Source of the DNA: Alistipes sp.
GTDB taxonomy: Bacteria; Bacteroidota; Bacteroidia; Bacteroidales; Rikenellaceae
Direction: 5' to 3'
Assembly (NCBI GenBank): GCA_017654125.1
Contig: JAFNYX010000002.1
Coordinates: 6,188-70,187 of the forward strand
DNA length: 64,000 nt
Position 1 is the stretch's first letter, and every line of letters starts with the position of its first letter. Positions 61,882 through 64,000 of this stretch are shown here, in pieces. The notes under the pieces are model-generated. The model was not told the DNA's origin, made no database searches, and saw nothing but the letters and a program-made list of their open reading frames with translations. A program made the translations under genes and the position numbers.

Positions 61882-62628
61882 ATGGCTACACAGAAAAAAA
61901 CAGCAGAGGTTGACTACTCGATGTACGAGAAGATTATGGCTCTTTACGAGTTGCAGAAGATTGACTCTCAAATCGACGAAATCAATAAAGTTAAGGGCGA
62001 GCTTCCATTGGAGGTAGAGGATTTGGAGGACGAGATTGCCGGTCTGAATACCCGCATTGAGAAGGTAAATGCCGAAATCGAGGAGTTGAACACGCTCACC
62101 AAGCAGCGTCGTCGCGAGATTGACCAAGCACAAATTCAGATTGCCAAGTACAACGAGCAGCTCACCAACATTCGCAACAATCGCGAATTTGACGCCATCA
62201 CCAAGGAGATCGAGTTCCAGGAGTTGGAGATTACTCACGCAGAGAAGCGCTTGAAGGAGTACGCAGGCGTAATCAAGGCGAAGAAACTCACGCTCGAACA
62301 GACCGAGCAGGTTATCGCCGAGCGAATGATTGATCTCACGGCCAAGAAGACCGAGTTGGATGGTATCGAGAGCGAGACCGCAGAGCCGGTAAATGAGCTT
62401 ATGGCCCAGGCCGAGAAGGCAAAGGTTAAGATTGACGAGCGTTTGCTCACAGCCTACAACCGTATCCGCAGCAAGGTTCGCAACGGCTTGGCTGTCGTAA
62501 CCGTACAGCGTGATGCATGTAGCGGCTGCTTCAACCGCATCCCACCACAGCGTCAGGTCGAGGTACGTCAGGGTAAGAAACTCATCGTTTGCGAGTACTG
62601 CGGACGTATCCTTGTACCGGAAGAGTAA
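61882..62628 (+). CDS. Coiled-coil protein with C4 zinc ribbon (DUF164-type)
   Basis: LQ.IDS; long coiled coil; CSGC...CEYCGRIL. This is the usual neighbour of Nif3. Confidence 0.9.
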   Translation: MATQKKTAEVDYSMYEKIMALYELQKIDSQIDEINKVKGELPLEVEDLEDEIAGLNTRIEKVNAEIEELNTLTKQRRREIDQAQIQIAKYNEQLTNIRNNREFDAITKEIEFQELEITHAEKRLKEYAGVIKAKKLTLEQTEQVIAERMIDLTAKKTELDGIESETAEPVNELMAQAEKAKVKIDERLLTAYNRIRSKVRNGLAVVTVQRDACSGCFNRIPPQRQVEVRQGKKLIVCEYCGRILVPEE

Positions 62629-62647
62629 ACCCGACTCGTTTATCACT

Positions 62648-62687
62648 AAAAATCCCGAATATCGAGCAGGATATTCGGGATTTTTTG
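62648..62687 (+). terminator. Intrinsic terminator
   Basis: AAAAATCCCGAATATC-loop-GATATTCGGGATTTTTT. Confidence 0.88.
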
Positions 62688-62795
62688 TTCGCAATCCGCC
62701 TTTACAAAGAGCAAACTCCGCAAAAAGCCGTTTTTTATTTGCAAGAGGAAAAGTTATTTACTACTTTTGTATAAACAAAAAAATAGATAGAGACG

Positions 62796-63476
62796 ATGGG
62801 AAACAAAATCAATGACCCTATTGCACGACTGATGGGCTTGCGATACAAGTCGCATCCATGGCACGGCATCGAAGTTGGTGAGGATGCTCCGGATATAATC
62901 ACCGCATTTATCGAGATGGTGCCGACCGACACCGTAAAGTACGAATTGGACAAGGTGAGCGGCTATCTGAAAATAGACCGACCTCAGAAATATTCGAATG
63001 TCGTTCCGGCACTATACGGCTTCGTTCCACAGAGTTTTTGCGGCGACAGCGTGGCTGCATACTGTATGCAGCAATGTGGCAGAGAGGACATCATTGGCGA
63101 CGGTGACCCGTTGGATGTGTGCGTGCTGACTGAGCGCGACATTGTGCACGGAGATATCATCGTCGAGGTAAAGCCGATTGGCGGTTTCCGCATGTTGGAC
63201 GGCAACGAGGCCGACGACAAAATTATCGCCGTTCTGCGTCACGATGTGACTTACAGTTCGTACAACGACATTTCGGAGTTACCGAAGGGCGTAGTAAATC
63301 GTTTGAAGCACTACTTCCTCACCTATAAGGATATGCCGGACAGCGACTCGTCGAAGAAAAAGGTCGAGATTGTCGATATATACGGACGCGAGGAGGCGCA
63401 ACAGATTATCAATCGCTCGTTGGAGGATTACAAATGTCACTTCGACGGACTGGATGAGATTTTGCGTCACGTATAA
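62796..63476 (+). CDS. ppa: Inorganic pyrophosphatase (family I)
   Basis: HPWH, KYE.DK, YGFVPQ, DGDPLD, D..EADDK and F..YK motifs. Confidence 0.93.
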   Translation: MGNKINDPIARLMGLRYKSHPWHGIEVGEDAPDIITAFIEMVPTDTVKYELDKVSGYLKIDRPQKYSNVVPALYGFVPQSFCGDSVAAYCMQQCGREDIIGDGDPLDVCVLTERDIVHGDIIVEVKPIGGFRMLDGNEADDKIIAVLRHDVTYSSYNDISELPKGVVNRLKHYFLTYKDMPDSDSSKKKVEIVDIYGREEAQQIINRSLEDYKCHFDGLDEILRHV

Positions 63477-63498
63477 CAACACCAAAACCTCAACATTA

Positions 63499-63533
63499 AA
63501 AAGCAGGTGCTCCTCTTCGGAACACCTGCTTTT
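63499..63533. terminator. Bidirectional terminator
   Basis: AAAAGCAGGTG-loop-CACCTGCTTTT. Confidence 0.8.
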
Positions 63534-63555
63534 ACATTTACCAACTTCCAGGGTT

Positions 63556-63936
63556 CTACAAATAGCCACTCTTAACGAGCAACTCGCGCACACCCTCCCA
63601 ATCAACATATGGACGTGTAACATCGGAAGTCATTTTCAGCGGAACACCGAGCGCGCTATCGTCGATATAGAGGTCAGCATAAACCTTCGGTGAGTCGGTC
63701 CACTGCTTCTGGTGCGGATTACGATTTATGCCGTAAAGCGGAATTCCGTTCTCCTTGAACCATTCGGCAGCACGCTTTTCGAGACGACCGCTACGCATCG
63801 TATAGAGAATGATGCGATAGCCGGCATCGGCGAGTTCCCGTAACACGGGAACTGCACCGATATCACGACCCATATCGGGATATTCGTGCGTCACGCACGT
63901 TCCGTCAAAATCAACAGCAATGATTGGTTGCGCCAT
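63556..63936 (-). CDS. Small HAD-superfamily phosphatase-like protein
   Basis: IAVDFDGT (motif I), LYTMR (motif II) and K.YAD.YIDD (motifs III/IV). Confidence 0.85.
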   Translation of the reverse strand: MAQPIIAVDFDGTCVTHEYPDMGRDIGAVPVLRELADAGYRIILYTMRSGRLEKRAAEWFKENGIPLYGINRNPHQKQWTDSPKVYADLYIDDSALGVPLKMTSDVTRPYVDWEGVRELLVKSGYL

Positions 63937-64000
63937 ATGCACTATCTGATTTTAGCAAGTTTACGATGCTTGATAAACTTTGCAAAGCCGACCTTGCACA

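Noticed and set aside
63943-64000. Possible 3' end of an upstream minus-strand gene (…KVGFAKFIKHRKLAKIR*)
   Set aside because: Too short to determine the frame or identity.

Overview
A 64-kb chromosomal segment of a Bacteroidota bacterium, probably Rikenellaceae/Alistipes-like. This is an inference from the TTTG-N19-21-TAnnTTTG promoters, the AT-rich translation starts lacking Shine-Dalgarno sites, the MurF-Alr fusion and the Bacteroidales-type LptD. Most genes are housekeeping: uvrA, ung, metK, mutS2, mutL, grpE-dnaJ, trkA, ppa and tRNA-Ser. Four things stand out. (1) A Firmicutes-looking de novo purine operon (purE-L-F-M-N-H-D-folD-purB) lies back-to-back with guaBA. Each transcript starts with a 42-53 aa leader ORF whose stop codon abuts an intrinsic terminator, which suggests an undescribed purine-responsive attenuation system. 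In addition, PurF and GuaA both lack their glutaminase catalytic residues. (2) A SAM-II riboswitch upstream of metK is followed directly by a 16-codon uORF that carries an anti-aptamer strand. (3) An AT-richer cassette between trkA and a deoxynucleoside kinase gene encodes a lipoprotein with a Gly/Ser linker and a C-terminal M23 peptidase. It is followed by a secreted putative immunity protein and a truncated second copy of that gene's 5' end, a layout typical of polymorphic toxins. (4) A ~50-bp direct repeat and a small three-gene catabolic islet lie downstream of tRNA-Ser. No CRISPR array, integrase or transposase was seen. All calls come from reading motifs by eye; no database search was run.
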